DNA of 64,000 nt from Eledone cirrhosa. Taxonomy: Eukaryota. Shown piece after piece: positions 15,325 to 29,300 of the stretch. Below the pieces are notes generated by a model. That model saw only the letters and a program-made list of their open reading frames with translations, ran no database searches and was not told the origin of the DNA. The translations under genes and the position numbers were made by a program. The stretch's first letter is position 1, and each line of letters starts with the position of its first letter. Location of the stretch: positions 25,110,001 through 25,174,000 of the forward strand of contig OZ024746.1 in NCBI GenBank assembly GCA_964016885.1, read 5' to 3'.

Positions 15325-18300
15325 TTGCATTAATGCAAGAAAGGGGAAGGGTTATTTGTTAGTTTGAGAACTACTGAGTCAAACAGACTATAAATTGCCA
15401 AAAAGATAATTTGATCCCCAGACTGTATCCTTGAGCGATACACTTTATTTCATGTTGTTTCAGTTCACTCAGCTGACAAAACTGAGTTGTACATGTCGCA
15501 CATTTTGTTGCACTGAATGTCCTTGAGAACTATGTAAAAGGATGCACGTGTCTGTGGAATACTCAGCCACTAACACATGAATAGGTAGTTTCGTTAATTG
15601 AATCAACTGGTACATAAAGCACCATGTTGTAAATGTGGTTGATGTTAGAAAGGGCATCCAGCCATAGAAACCAAGCTAGAAATAGATCAGTATAAACAAG
15701 ACACGATCACCTGATCTGAAGTGATTCACAATGGGACAACTCGTCTAAACCATGCTAGTGTGTGAAGATGCTATAAAATAGCTTGTAAAACTGGGTATGG
15801 AGTTTGATTCCTTATAGCAGCTGATGGTGACATTTTTTTCGTCTTTAAGGGTCTTCTCCCTGTTTTATAATCTATTTTATATCATCTCCATGCATGAGCA
15901 CACCACTCTTTACATATTTTATTCTATTTGTTTCAAACCAATTTGTTTGCTATAAATGACTTTACATTTCCATAACAACAAATAAATAAAAGTGAAAATA
16001 ATTTGTGACTACATCCAGTTAGTGAACCAACAGGAGAGCCTCATTATGGTCGTTCTATCTGCTAGAAATAGCAACTAAGTCTTACTCAATAATACATCCA
16101 GCTTGGATGCTTTTGAAAATGAATGTAGTCCTAGATACACTAAGACATAATAAGGATTTCCAATCTAGGTACAAAATCTACAATTTGTGGGGACGAGTAA
16201 TTCAATTTTCTCAACTCCAGTATTTGACAGCTACTTTATTTTATCAACCCCAAAGTTGACCTTGACAGGGTTTGAACTCAGAATCTAAAAAGCAGGGAAT
16301 AAATGCTGCAAAGTATTTTATCTTATCAGATGTTCAATGATTCTACCAATTCACTGCTCTCACACTTAGACATAATAATACTATGGAATTGTCAGGGTTG
16401 GAACATGAAAGTAGTTTAATGATAAACCAACTATAGGGCTGCACAGTGAGGTCACACATAGAACTAAACTACAACTATTATGACAATAAATATGATTTAT
16501 TTAATAGTATCATAACCACGACAGTAATCCGAAATTAAGCAGACGATGGATCGTCTGCTCAGTTGCGTTAAGTTCTGCGTTCAGACTCTACAAGATTCTC
16601 TAATCTAACTTGTCACCTCTTTAAAATCGATAACTAGTAATGGGATGTGTATTCAACTTCATATGGGCTTCGGCAACGAGTGTTCCAGTTGTTCAATCAA
16701 CAGAACAGCCTGCTTGTGAAATCCATATGCTAGTGGCTGAGTATTCCATAGACATACACACCCTTAACGATTCAGCATGACACATTGTGTGATAGAGCTG
16801 GTCCTTTAAATAACAGATATGGTTCATTCGATGGGCTTCCAAACAGTTTCTGTCTACCCAATTTCACTTACATGTTTAGGATCGAAATGACATTGGCGCA
16901 GGATGCCCAGCTTAAGAACCTGCTGGACTATTTTGAGTCAAATAAATAATTTTGTTTATTAAAACTATTGGTTGCTACTATTGTTTAAAGGCTCCCACCA
17001 ACTCAGTTTCAGAGCTCTGTATAATACATCGAGAACTAATGCAACGAAATATCCCGTCACAACCAGCCTTCTGAATTATACAAAATCTCACAATATCATA
17101 AAAGGCCATTGACGCTATGTAAAAATAATTGAGCAGTATCTAATAAAAACAAATACCCACTATTAAAGAGAACAGAAAATGAAAAAGAAGAAAGAAAAAA
17201 AAGGATCAAACGGCGAAAGTGAGAATAATGGGGGGGGGGGGGGGGGTCACTACACTTCAATCTAGCACAGCTACGCCCCTTGGACAAAATAGCAAACGCG
17301 TTACCGTGGAGAGTGACCAGGGACACTCGCTGCTGCAACCACCCACCCCACGGGGCTCGCTCCTCAAGCGGACGCCGTCTTTCCGACGTTACAGAGGCAA
17401 TCAGCTTTTATTGTAGAGATGGCCGTAAAAAAAAAAAAGTTATAGGGGAAGAAATTGATAAAAACAAAAGTTACTATTCTGAATGAGGAAGAAGTCAGGA
17501 AAATGACATATCGCGAATTATAGTTAACATTCTTAAACAAATAATATTTCAATGGACAATACATAATTTGTACAATTTATATACTGGCATTAAGAAAAAT
17601 AACAAACTAAATCACATTTTATTCAGTATCTTATATGTAACAATGTTTTATTTAAGATAATTAAGTCTAAGTTGTAATGCATTTTTCCTGCGACTTTTTT
17701 CGTGTTCAGTTGAGTCATCAACCAAAGGAGTTCTTTCCGTTTTTCTTCAATATTTGCAAATCGTGTAAATAACAAACGGTGCCTTGCACCATCAACATAA
17801 TTACTATCCTCGTTGATATAAACAGTTAACAAGAGTAAAGAAGATACATGCATTTTACTATTTGTTTAGTTAACAATTTATCAGAAATTACACAGATTAT
17901 TATAAGAATGCATTTATGTTTATTAGTTATGCACACCGGGTAAATAAGAAATAACTCTTTTTCAAAGCCCGGTTGTCTCCCTTTGTACGAAATCGCGACT
18001 ATCTTGTTATATAAAGTACCTTATAAGTAAATTACACTTTGTTGAATGTTTTGAGAGAACAAAAGATAGAGAGGGAAAATACATATCCGTTTATATTTGC
18101 AAGTTGGGCTTTTAATAAGGATTTCTTTATTATCCACAACAACCTAACTATGTGATAAAAACACCCCATACAGAACTTGTATAATACATGTGCTGGATGT
18201 AACTATGTATACATACAACAGTACCTTCTACCGTCTTGATAGTTATCTCCTCTTGTATTATTGAACTGTGTCGCTAGGTGGCGCATGAGTAAGTAAGCTG

Positions 18301-18375
18301 GCGGATCATCATGTCGGACGTTGTTATGTTGTTGTGTATCTTTAGAGTGCCACGAACACTTACATTTTCCTGGTG

Positions 18376-19466
18376 ATGGACTCACAGTCCCCGCATAAAC
18401 ACAAACGAGCCAAAACACAGCATTTTAATCGGAAGGATGGGATAAAAAAAGAGGACGATGAGGAAGTTCTGGCCGCCACGGCAGCAACAGCCCCGTGTTT
18501 TGTGTGTGGGGCACTGGCGGTAGAGCATTTTATTGACACTAAGTCGACAAACAATATAAATAAACCACCAACAGATCTTACATCCCAGGCGAGAAATATT
18601 TGTTCCGTATGTAGGGATTTCTACCGTCACAGTACCATAGGGGATGCACACCTGGATTATGTCTGTGTTACTCAGGGTCAGATTAACAGACGGATATCAT
18701 TGAGGAACTCGAGTTTATTGACTTCGTCGAAATCTCCAGTTTCTGATTTGTGTACAATTAAAGCAGATGCTGTGAATAAATGTCGTTCTTGTTGGTACCT
18801 CAAATGCATCTCTTTTGGACTGAATGAAATTCAGGAAGTTATAGATGTTAGCCAACCCGAATCAGACCAACCTCCGAACAACACCACCAACAATAACAAC
18901 AACAAGGGAGATCCTAGCGACGATACGTGTATAGGGACTTCAGTTCCCATCAAAAGCGATTCACAGTCGTCATCGGGAAAGGAGTCCAATAATTCCAATT
19001 CAACTGCCTCTTTAAATGTAAGTTCGAGTCCTAGTGTGGTTAACAAAAATAAACAAAAACAACGCCATCCACAAGATCAACCCATACGGTTAGACATTTC
19101 CGAAAATACAGCCATCTCTCTAACAAAACCGAAACAATCCACGGTTCAGAAGCAATTATTAGCATCCACCCGGATGGATAATTCCCAGTCTACTAAAACC
19201 TCAGGCAAAGGAAATGAGCGAACGATTCCCACAGTTGTATCATCCGAGCTAGCTTCTTCGCAACACGCACAAGGGAAATTGCTAAAGGTTTTAAGTCAGC
19301 CGCAAAAATCGGCGAAACAGTTAAAAGCAGTCGTTGGAACACAAGTGATAAAAAAAACTAGCAATGTTCAACGACAAACGAAAACGTCTGTTTCAAATCC
19401 GACGAAAAGTCCCGTTAAAGGAAGGGACACTAGTAGCAGTCAACTTTCTTCAAAATATTCACAAAA
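18376..19466 (+). CDS. Multi-DBD nuclear-receptor-finger gene, coding exon 1 (contains loop-expanded DBD1)
   Basis: ATG at 18376. ORF has CFVC...CSVC...CVTQ...C...CRSCWYLKC..GL. Donor GTAAGT at 19467, phase 2, matches the phase of the exon 2 acceptor. Confidence 0.8.
18496..18822 (+). other. DBD1 (degenerate NR zinc finger, insertions in both finger loops)
   Basis: All 8 Zn-ligand Cys plus the terminal KC..G are present, with long insertions; P-box CSVCRD. Confidence 0.65.
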
Positions 19467-19558
19467 GTAAGTCTTTACTTAACATTTGTACCTTGTACCT
19501 CTCTATAAACACACAGTCACACACACACATAAACACACACATATATATATATATATAT

Positions 19559-19620
<62 letters not shown>

Positions 19621-20055
19621 AGTCAACGAGTAAAAACAACACAGGAGAACAATACAGTACAATGTTCTATATTATTTGGACGTGTTTAGAATACAGTAGT
19701 ATTTAAAACAAGCAAGCATTAACTGAACGAGCACTCAATACTGGTGGATAGGGTGCAGAAATTTATTTTCCAAGTAGAAATCTTCAAAGTTTCAGCATAG
19801 TGGCTTCATCATACATATATTGAAGTGTACTTCTATAATCACACAGTCACACACACATGTATATATATACATGTGTGGTGTAAAGTGGTGTGTTTTATGC
19901 ATGAGCACTCAATACATTTGAGCAGAATATTGCCCCCTTTTCTTGAGAAAACAGAACTATATATATATATACACACACACACAGCTATCAAGAAATAAGA
20001 ATAATTTTTAAAAGCTCACATTTTTAGCAAAGTTGATGATGTGTGTATAGATCTT

Positions 20056-20099
<44 letters not shown>

Positions 20100-20523
20100 T
20101 AAACACAGGCAGATATGTACACACCCAAATATTTGTTTTTATACCAACAACCATAGCAGTAAACTAAAGGATGAAAGAAGTGTCAAGCCAACATGCTTGC
20201 CCGACCTGCTAAAAATAGCAGCCAAATTTCCCTTAAATCGTACCCTATTGTCACAAACAGGAAATGACATATTAGACAATGTTAATGATCACACATCCCT
20301 AAAATGACGGGATGGTTACGACTGGTTGGGGATAAACACCAACTAACAAAAATATATGCTTAGTTGCATTACTGAGTTAAGTTACTGATTTCGTCGAATA
20401 CCTGACCCGATCGTAGCTCAAAAATCTATGTTAATTCTCTTTAATCTTGAACTTCAATAACACTGATAAGTATATATACATACCCAATGCTTTGAGTAAA
20501 CAGAAACCGTGTGGAAACCTGTC

Positions 20524-20568
<45 letters not shown>

Positions 20569-20698
20569 TTCCTGATGGTTTCTAATGAGTGAGACGGTTC
20601 TGGTCCTGTAGAATCTCATCTATATTAAAACTTTTATACTCTGCTATGTATTGAGTACCTTACTTACTGTGGTTACCTCCGATTCAACCCGGAATAAC

Positions 20699-20768
<70 letters not shown>

Positions 20769-21136
20769 CCATGATGAGTTTACACACACTCTGATTGCTT
20801 AGTACTTATAGTGTATTTAGTGGGATTCAACAGAGCTGAACAGATGAGGCGGATCTTCGTCCCACATCGCCGCCTGATGGAACGCTAATCTATATCACAG
20901 CCAACATTCCCCAGATATCTGTGAACTGTTTCCTTCTGTAGCTAGATTATAGGCCACTTGAGGTATTTTGAAAGTAAAATTTTGTTTCAAGAGTTTTAAC
21001 TTGATGCAGTTAATCGACAACTACATAAGATATACATATATATAAAAAATTAAGATGACAGAAAGAAGTTCATACATAGTTTAATTCTTGCAATTGTATC
21101 GATGCAAAGCTTTTCTTCAAACACATAACTAGACAA

Positions 21137-21225
<89 letters not shown>

Positions 21226-23394
21226 ACAACAAAAATAAAAACAAATGTTTTGTATGCACTTATCCAGTCCACTTACATGTTTAAAGTAAATTCATATATA
21301 TACATAATTGACCGACTCAGCAATGCAGGCCCAAACAGAGTAGGGGAGCATTCTCTGGTGTGCAGGAGTCCATGTGTCTGCTGCCTCATGGATTCTGTGG
21401 ACAGAATGGAGAAAACATTGCTCCCAAGGATGGCAAGGGAGACATGCTAGAATAGCCATTCCAACTCATGGACCTCGCTCCTGCGGGCAGCCAACTCCGC
21501 CTCGATAGTTAACATAGCCGGCCTCATAACAAGCTTTTCCCCTTTGCCCAATCATCTGCATACCCCCTCACCACCCATTGTCTTTCATTTCTTTTATCCA
21601 TGTCTTTCTTAGCCGTCTAGCTTCCTCCTCATTCATTTCAACCACTCTGCTCATCCAGTCATTTTCATCCTTCCTCAACACATAACTTAACCATCTCAAT
21701 CCATTTCGCTTCAAAACATCCATTACTGGCTTTGTTCTCATTATATTCTACAGTTTATTGTTTGTCTTCCTCACTCTCTCTGAGGGATATTCCACTCATC
21801 CATTGGACCATTCTCATTTCCATTCTGTCCAGCTTTCTCTGCTTCTCCACATTCATCATCTCTGTCTCATTTCCATAAATCATGGCACTTCTCATACATA
21901 CATCATACAAACACTTTTCCTTTCAGTTTCAGTGGCACTCCCCTCCTCATTAGCATGCCACTCTGTTCCTGGATTTCTTCCATGCTCTGTTCATTTGAGC
22001 TACTGTTATCTAGTCTGATCCACCTTCTCCCTTTGAGTAACTGTTATCTGATCTGATTCACCTTCTCCATTCAGTATATTTCGTAGGTAAAAAAAACATT
22101 TTCACATTTTCCATCTTCACATCATTCCTAAAATCCAGCTCAACATCCTCTCCATCTGTAGTCACCCCACCCCCTTACACACTACATTTTTTATGTACTC
22201 ACTCAGTACATATCATCAATCTAATCAAATTCACCCTTCCTGCAGATAACTACCTTCCATTTGTTATATGTGATAAACACACAAAACATGCACTGAATTA
22301 AAGACTCATAATACATGTAGGCAGCAAATTGGCTGAGTTATTAGAATGTCGGATAGAAAGCTTTGAGGGTATTCATTTTGGCTCTCTACTCTGAGTTCAA
22401 ATCCCATTGCAGTCATCTTTACCTTTCATCCATTCAAGGTCTATAAAAAAAAGTATCAGTCTAGTACTGGGGTCAATTCTTCCTCTATATCCCTTTCTCA
22501 CTTCCATTTTCTCACTTTCTATCCATCTCTGGAAGAAATATCTGCTGTGTTCAGACTTGAAGAGGAAATACTCTCCACCCGGTTTTAAAATATCCTAGAA
22601 GTGCCATATGTCTGTACAGCACCCATATGGCTCCCTCAGGTGTTACGAGACCAGATAGTATATTTATAGAGGTAATACAATGATTGTTATTAATGGTGGC
22701 TGTTTACTTTGAAGTTTAACCTACATCATTGATTTATGAAAACTGTTTTCATAAGCTAATAACGTCAGCAAAATTTCCTAGTAAACAAACACTCATCATC
22801 CTCTTCATCCTTTAATATTTGTCTTCCCCGTTAGCAAGGGCTGGTTTGGTCTTCACAGACCAAGTCAGTACTGAAGCAGAGCCACTGACTTTTCAGGTTG
22901 GCTGGACAACCTACTTCTTACATACATTCACACACTCTACCTAGTGCATTTTATTGTGGCATCGGCACTAAGGAGGTTGTCATGTCTTTGACACAGCTAA
23001 AGAGTCCTCCTGTCTTTTTGTTTGGCAGGTTTTCTACAGCTGGACACCCTATTTAATGAGTAGACATTGATCAAACCGCTGGAGCACTTATTGTCGAAAC
23101 TGATTGGGGTCAATTTCCTTTATTCACTATATAGACATAAGTGTTTCAAGGCCAATATTTCCGCTAAAGTAAGGGCTAGTTTGTGGGCCCTATGACAGTC
23201 TTCATACTCATCATGGGGTAGTATTTTATGGCTTTCGACAACCTTTTAGTCACCTTTTACAATGTAGCTATTCTCAACCAGATACAAATAGTAAATAGAG
23301 TAAATAAATATTTGTATTTATGTATGTTTATGTGTATTTCAATGTTTGTATTCAGTTAGCTTTTGCTTAATTCATTTCTATTTATTTATTACAG

Positions 23395-26300
23395 GAAAAC
23401 AAGTCCTGTGGGCATTGTTCTAACTCCCGAGGAATGCGTATGTCAAGTATGTGGTGACACAGCTTCTACTATCCATTATGGAGTACTCACGTGTCCAGAC
23501 TGCAAGCTATTCTATCGACTAAGCATACAGGACAGCTTTGCTGATGGCTACTACTGCAAACAGAAAACCCATGAAATAACAAAGAGAAACAGAGGCAAAT
23601 GTGAATACTGTTGGTACAAGAAATGCTGTAGAGCAGGAATGTCGAGGGATAAACCAGAGATTGGTGAGGCTGTTACTGTGATAAAAGTCGAGAACAAACT
23701 ACAGCAAGCAAAAACTGAAAAAACGAATCCCTTACTGAAAAAAGCCTCAGTGACGAAAGACCTAAATAAACAGACAAGCAAGGCCCCACAGCAAACAACA
23801 GAGCCTCAGAAAGTACCTCCTCCGCCCAAAAAAGATCTCAATTTATGTAAAGTGTGTGAAGATCGGGCTTTTAAGAAACACTATGGCATCTTAGCCTGTC
23901 CAGAGTGTGAAGTTTTCTTTAAAATGAGTATCCTTGATGATTTCTACGAAGGCTATTTTTGCAGGATTAAAAAATGCAAGGTGAATCGTTTTTGTCGAAG
24001 TAACTGTGAATATTGTTGGTACCAGAAATGCCTGCTTAGCGGTATGCAGAAAGATGGTAGCCAACTGGAAGAAGATAACAGCAGTCGTAATGAAGTTGTT
24101 TCATTGACAACAACACAACAAACGTTAAAGCCGGTTTGTAGCAGCATTGAAATAAAAGATGAAGAAGAAAAAGAAACAGAAGCATCAGTAACGTTAAACA
24201 ATATCAAGAAATGTAGCAAAGATAGCAAGGACTGTGGGAAGATTATCAGTAGCAACAAGACCAATGACAACCTTAGCAGTAAAACTGCAAACAAGACCAA
24301 CAACAACCTTAGCAGTAAAACAGTCAAAAACAGCAACAACAACCACCTTAGCATTAAAACAGTCAAAAACAGTAACAACAACAATAATGTCAATACTAAA
24401 ATACTAAACAACAGCAACAACAACAAGAGACTTGTCACTTCAACAGAATCAAAATCCACTGTAACTTCTGTGAAAAAAAGAAAGCCTGAAAGTATAGATG
24501 AATGCCTAGCTAGTTCTTCTAGACATCAGACCAACAGTAACCAAATCCCTAACAAACGTCCTAAAGCAGTTGGTAGTTTAGTAAGTAACATTCAGAGTAG
24601 TGCTAGTAACTGCTCGAGTGCACAACTGAACTCATCTCTAAACAGGAGTACAACTAGTACTTCTGCTGTCTTGTCATCAACAGCTTCATTCCAGTCTTTT
24701 TCGTCTTCATCTCATTCGTTAACATCATCATCACTGCCATCATCATTATCGTCGTCATTATTACCATCATTGTCATCATCATCATCTGTTTTATCCTTAT
24801 CATTATCCTCCTCGTCATCATCATTCACATCACAGAAACCAACCAATGTTATACCAATGCCAACGTCAGTTTCACATACAATAGTTACGTCAACAACAGT
24901 CACATTTTCGACACCCACTACTATGACATCAAAAATTCAGCCCAAATTAATGGCAAAGAAAAGTGTGGCACCCGCTAAAAGGAAAGTCTTGGATGACACC
25001 ACCACCACTAAGAACAACAACAAAGACTGCATCAGGCTTAATTCTGGTGTTAGTGCACATAACACGACATGTAAATTAATATCAACCCACGAAAAAGTTG
25101 TAACGACTAAGGAAGATTTTGTGAAAAATACCAGTGTTAATTCTGACTACAGAACTGATAAAAACAGTCATAGCAGTAGTGGTAGTAGTAGTAGTGGTAA
25201 CAGTAGCAGACTAAAGAAACCTTCTGTTTCTATAGCTGTCAGCACCTGCATTAATAAACCTTATGATGTAATGGCAATGAAAAGTAGCAAATTGACTAGT
25301 TTGGTTGCTGTGTCGGACAGTCGTAAGAACGATGGCAACAGTGGTAAGTGTACATCTACTACTATTACTACCAAAGGATTCATCAATCCCTTCCATTCTA
25401 CACTAAACACAAACATCTGTACTGTATGCGGTGATCAGGCTTCTGTTGTGAACTACGGAGTACTAACCTGTCCAGATTGTCGCATATTTTTCCAGATGTG
25501 TGTACAAGATGGTTTTGCTGCTGGTTTGAGCTGTTCCAAAAAACAACGGAATTGCTCAATAACCAAACTAAACCGGGAGAGCTGTGAATTCTGTTGGTAT
25601 AAGAAATGCCTTGCTGTTGGAATGCAGACTGACCAAATACTGAAGATGACGCCAACCTGTGATCGTTTTACTTTCTCTTTGCCTATAACACCATTGTCAT
25701 CAACTCAATTAGTGACTACCACAAGTAATTCTACAAGCCCAACAGCAATCTGTTTGGTGAGCTCTTTAGAGCGAGCTAAAAATTCCAGAAATATAAAATA
25801 TTCTTCTGTGTTACCTCCACCCTTTCAAAATGAAGAATTATGTGTTGTTTGTAGCGCACCTTTTGCAGAGATTTATTCTGGTGCAAAGGTGTGTCCAGAA
25901 TGTAAGAACTTTTGTGAAGAAAGTGCAGATTCAAAAATATGTTCTAAGTATGTCTGCGAGCAGACACAAAGCTGTACCATTGCCAATAGTAATTTGCCAC
26001 CAAAGGATCGGTGCAGCTATTGTTGGCATCAGAAATGTGTACAATGTGATTTGCTCAGTAAAGAAACAAATATATCAAGAGATTCACCCAGTTTGGAGAA
26101 GCAGGAAAAGAAAGACCGAATTCCTGACCCTGTTTTGGATAATCTAGTTTTCCGAGAATCGGTGGATATATACAGTGCTGTGTTGGACAACATCCTTCAA
26201 GATAAAACAAGTCCATCTCACACAGACAGTGAAATTATTGAACAATACTTTGATGAAAATACCCCAGACAATCAAATTTGTGAACTACCAAGTTTGATGG

Positions 26301-29300
26301 AGAGTATGTTTGAATCTTTAACTAAATCTTCTGAAGAAATAGAATTGATGCAGAAGAAATTTGAACGACTAAAAATGGAGAAGGAACGTGTTTGTGCTTT
26401 AAAGAAACAAAATGAACAAAATCAACCACCTATCACTTTGCCTGGTGCCGTAACGACAGACTGTGCATCGAAAGTAACCAGGCGTGTACTCCTTAACAGT
26501 AATGACACCCAGGTGAAGGAAAGTGGTTTAGCAATAAAAGACAGCCATAATAAACCAACACCCGAAGCCATGATATACCCGCCCTCTTATTTGTCTTCTA
26601 AAAGTTCCAAAACTGATTCCCTGTCTGACAACTCAATTCAAAAGTGTGATTCATCCCTTCTTAGTTTGGATTGGGAAAGAAAAGCAAATGAGAGATGTAA
26701 CTATTCGGAGAAAGACAGTTTTACTTCAATTGCAATGAAGGATTGTTCAATGGTAAAAGTAACTAATGAAGTTCCACAGAATATTTTTGACAGCTCAGAT
26801 GACATAACACCCGTGTCTGAATCTGTGCCCTTCATACCCATACCAGCAGCTGGAGAAAAACAGGTGAAAAAAATAGTTTTCAGGTCTGTGTTAGATCGAT
26901 GTGAAGAGGAAGATATATCAGAAAACTTTTCATCAGATATTGAACGATGTCATTTGGAACACGGAGAGCGAGAAACTACTCACCAAAAGTTAAATGAGCT
27001 TCAATTGAAGAAGGACAATGTGGAAGAAAAGCTGCAAATGCTACAAAAGAACATTGAGAAAGAACGGAAAAAGCTCCTAACTCTTCAAAAAGAACGGAAA
27101 CGAGCAGCGAAAATTTGTAAGTCCCTGGAATCTTCTAATCCATTATCTTTGGATCCGAAAATGCCACAACTAGAACCTGAATCTGAAAATATATTGCGAC
27201 CATCAAATATTGATCTTGTTAAACAGAAAGAACTGGAAACCAATGATTTTTCTATGATTGAGGTCAGTAGCCCAGTTGTAACAGAAGAGACAGACTCTGA
27301 GAAATTATGTCGAGTATGTGGAGATAGAGCTCCTGGAGTTCTCTATGGAGTGTGGACATGTCTGAAATGTAGTGTGTTCTTCCGCCAGAGTCTAGACAAA
27401 CAGATTTCCAGCCAGTATACTTGCCGAGATGGCAACTGTTACATCGACAAAACTAACCGAGGGATCTGTAGATATTGTTGGTACCAGAAATGTTTGGTTG
27501 TTGGTATGTCGAAACAAGAAAAGAGAATTGTTCCAATCATATCCCCAGTGGCTTCTCCAAATACTGGTCAACAGGATCAAAGTAGAACTGGTATGTTCCA
27601 CGAAGACAATGACCAACATCAGATCAAAGAAACCGAGATGGAGATTATGCAGAATGTATTCCCAGGTGATAAAGGACCATTAGCAAAAGATCTTACAACT
27701 GAAATATGTGAAGAAATACATGAAGAGATTGGAAATGTGGAAGAGGAACTTTGTGATATGTCTGATTTCAAGACAAGATCCAAAGGTAATAACAACTGTT
27801 CGGAGACAATTTTAGAAATAAAAATGTCCCAAACATCTACAAGTGAATCAACAAACACATCTTCTTTGGTTCCAGAATCTTCAAACAACACAGCGTTTGT
27901 CAATAATAACAATCAGGTTACTGACTCAGGATGTTCTGTTGATTTGGCCGATTCATTTCCTCCTCAAAAAGCTAAATGTGATTCCAATAACTCTTCCCTC
28001 TCTGCTGTCACAGATACGAATATATCTAATGAAGATGTTACTACAGCAACAGGGCCAAAAGGTCAAAATGATGTCTCTGTTCAATATGTCAGCTACATGG
28101 ACAATGACACTTCTTTGAATTCAAACTCTGAAAGTATGCCAGTAGTAACCTCAACTGATGTCACCACAGAAATACCAGTTGCAAACACCAAAACAACTTT
28201 GTCAGATTCTGACCAGACTTTGGATATACAAAAAGCACCAACGTTCCGGAGAATCTTACCTGAAAGCCTTAGTACATCAGTTGATCCATCTGTTGTCACA
28301 GAGGTCATTCCGGAGCCTTTATGGAATTCTGTTGATACTGAAATTGTCCAAAAGAAATCTGGTGATTCTGTCGATGATAGTGAAGGTAGTGCTGATAGAG
28401 TGACACCTGTAGATACCCTTGATTCAACTGGAACGATACATTGTGAGGAAACAGTTGATAATACCATTCCAGAGACTTTGAGAAATTTTACTGATAAATC
28501 TGTTATTACAGAAATTATTCCAAGTTCTTCAAGAAATTCTGTAAATTCTATGATTCGAGACTCCAATTGTGACTCTCCTGAGGCCCCTGTTGGCAAAGAA
28601 ATTATACCAGGAGCACTGTCTCAATTTATTGATAAACAGTCTCTTAATCCTATGGTACTGCCAGAACCTTCTGAGACCACTTCTGAATTTGCTGGGAACT
28701 CTGATAATGAAAGTTCTGTGTCAGATGGTAACCAGATGAAAGAAGCTAACGCTGACTACTCCATGTCAACCAGCCAAAACATTTCTTATAGATCTCGAAT
28801 GTTACCTGAAAAACCTTCTTTCACTATATTAAAAAGAACAACCTTTATGGCAAAGCAGAAAACCACCAGATCTGTTGATATGCCTTCTTTGTCTTTCCGT
28901 TACATGGTTAAACGTTGTTCTCCAAAACATATCACTAACCAAATGCAGCGCCGGATCAAGAAGTCAGTTCAAATGATTGGAAAAGCTAAGCTGAAAACTC
29001 CATTTTCAAAAAATACACCCCCAACCTCTTCACATCATGCTGCACTAAGAGAATATGAGTTTGATGATGATGATAGTGATGATGAACATTTACAACATTC
29101 TTCATATAAAGCACACAGTAGTGTGAAAACATCTAGAAAGATGATGAAGAAAAAAGCCAATTTAAAGACAGTATTGAAAAGGAATTTAGCATCTACCCCT
29201 GTGTGTAAACAACATCAACACCAGAAGAACACTTCAAAGTTTATTTCTACTGTTACCAAAACTGCTCAAAAAATTCCCTCCAAAAATAAGGGTTCATTGA

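Noticed and set aside
15098-15367. Poly-Glu ORF
   Set aside because: It is a (GAA)n microsatellite with no exon or homology support.
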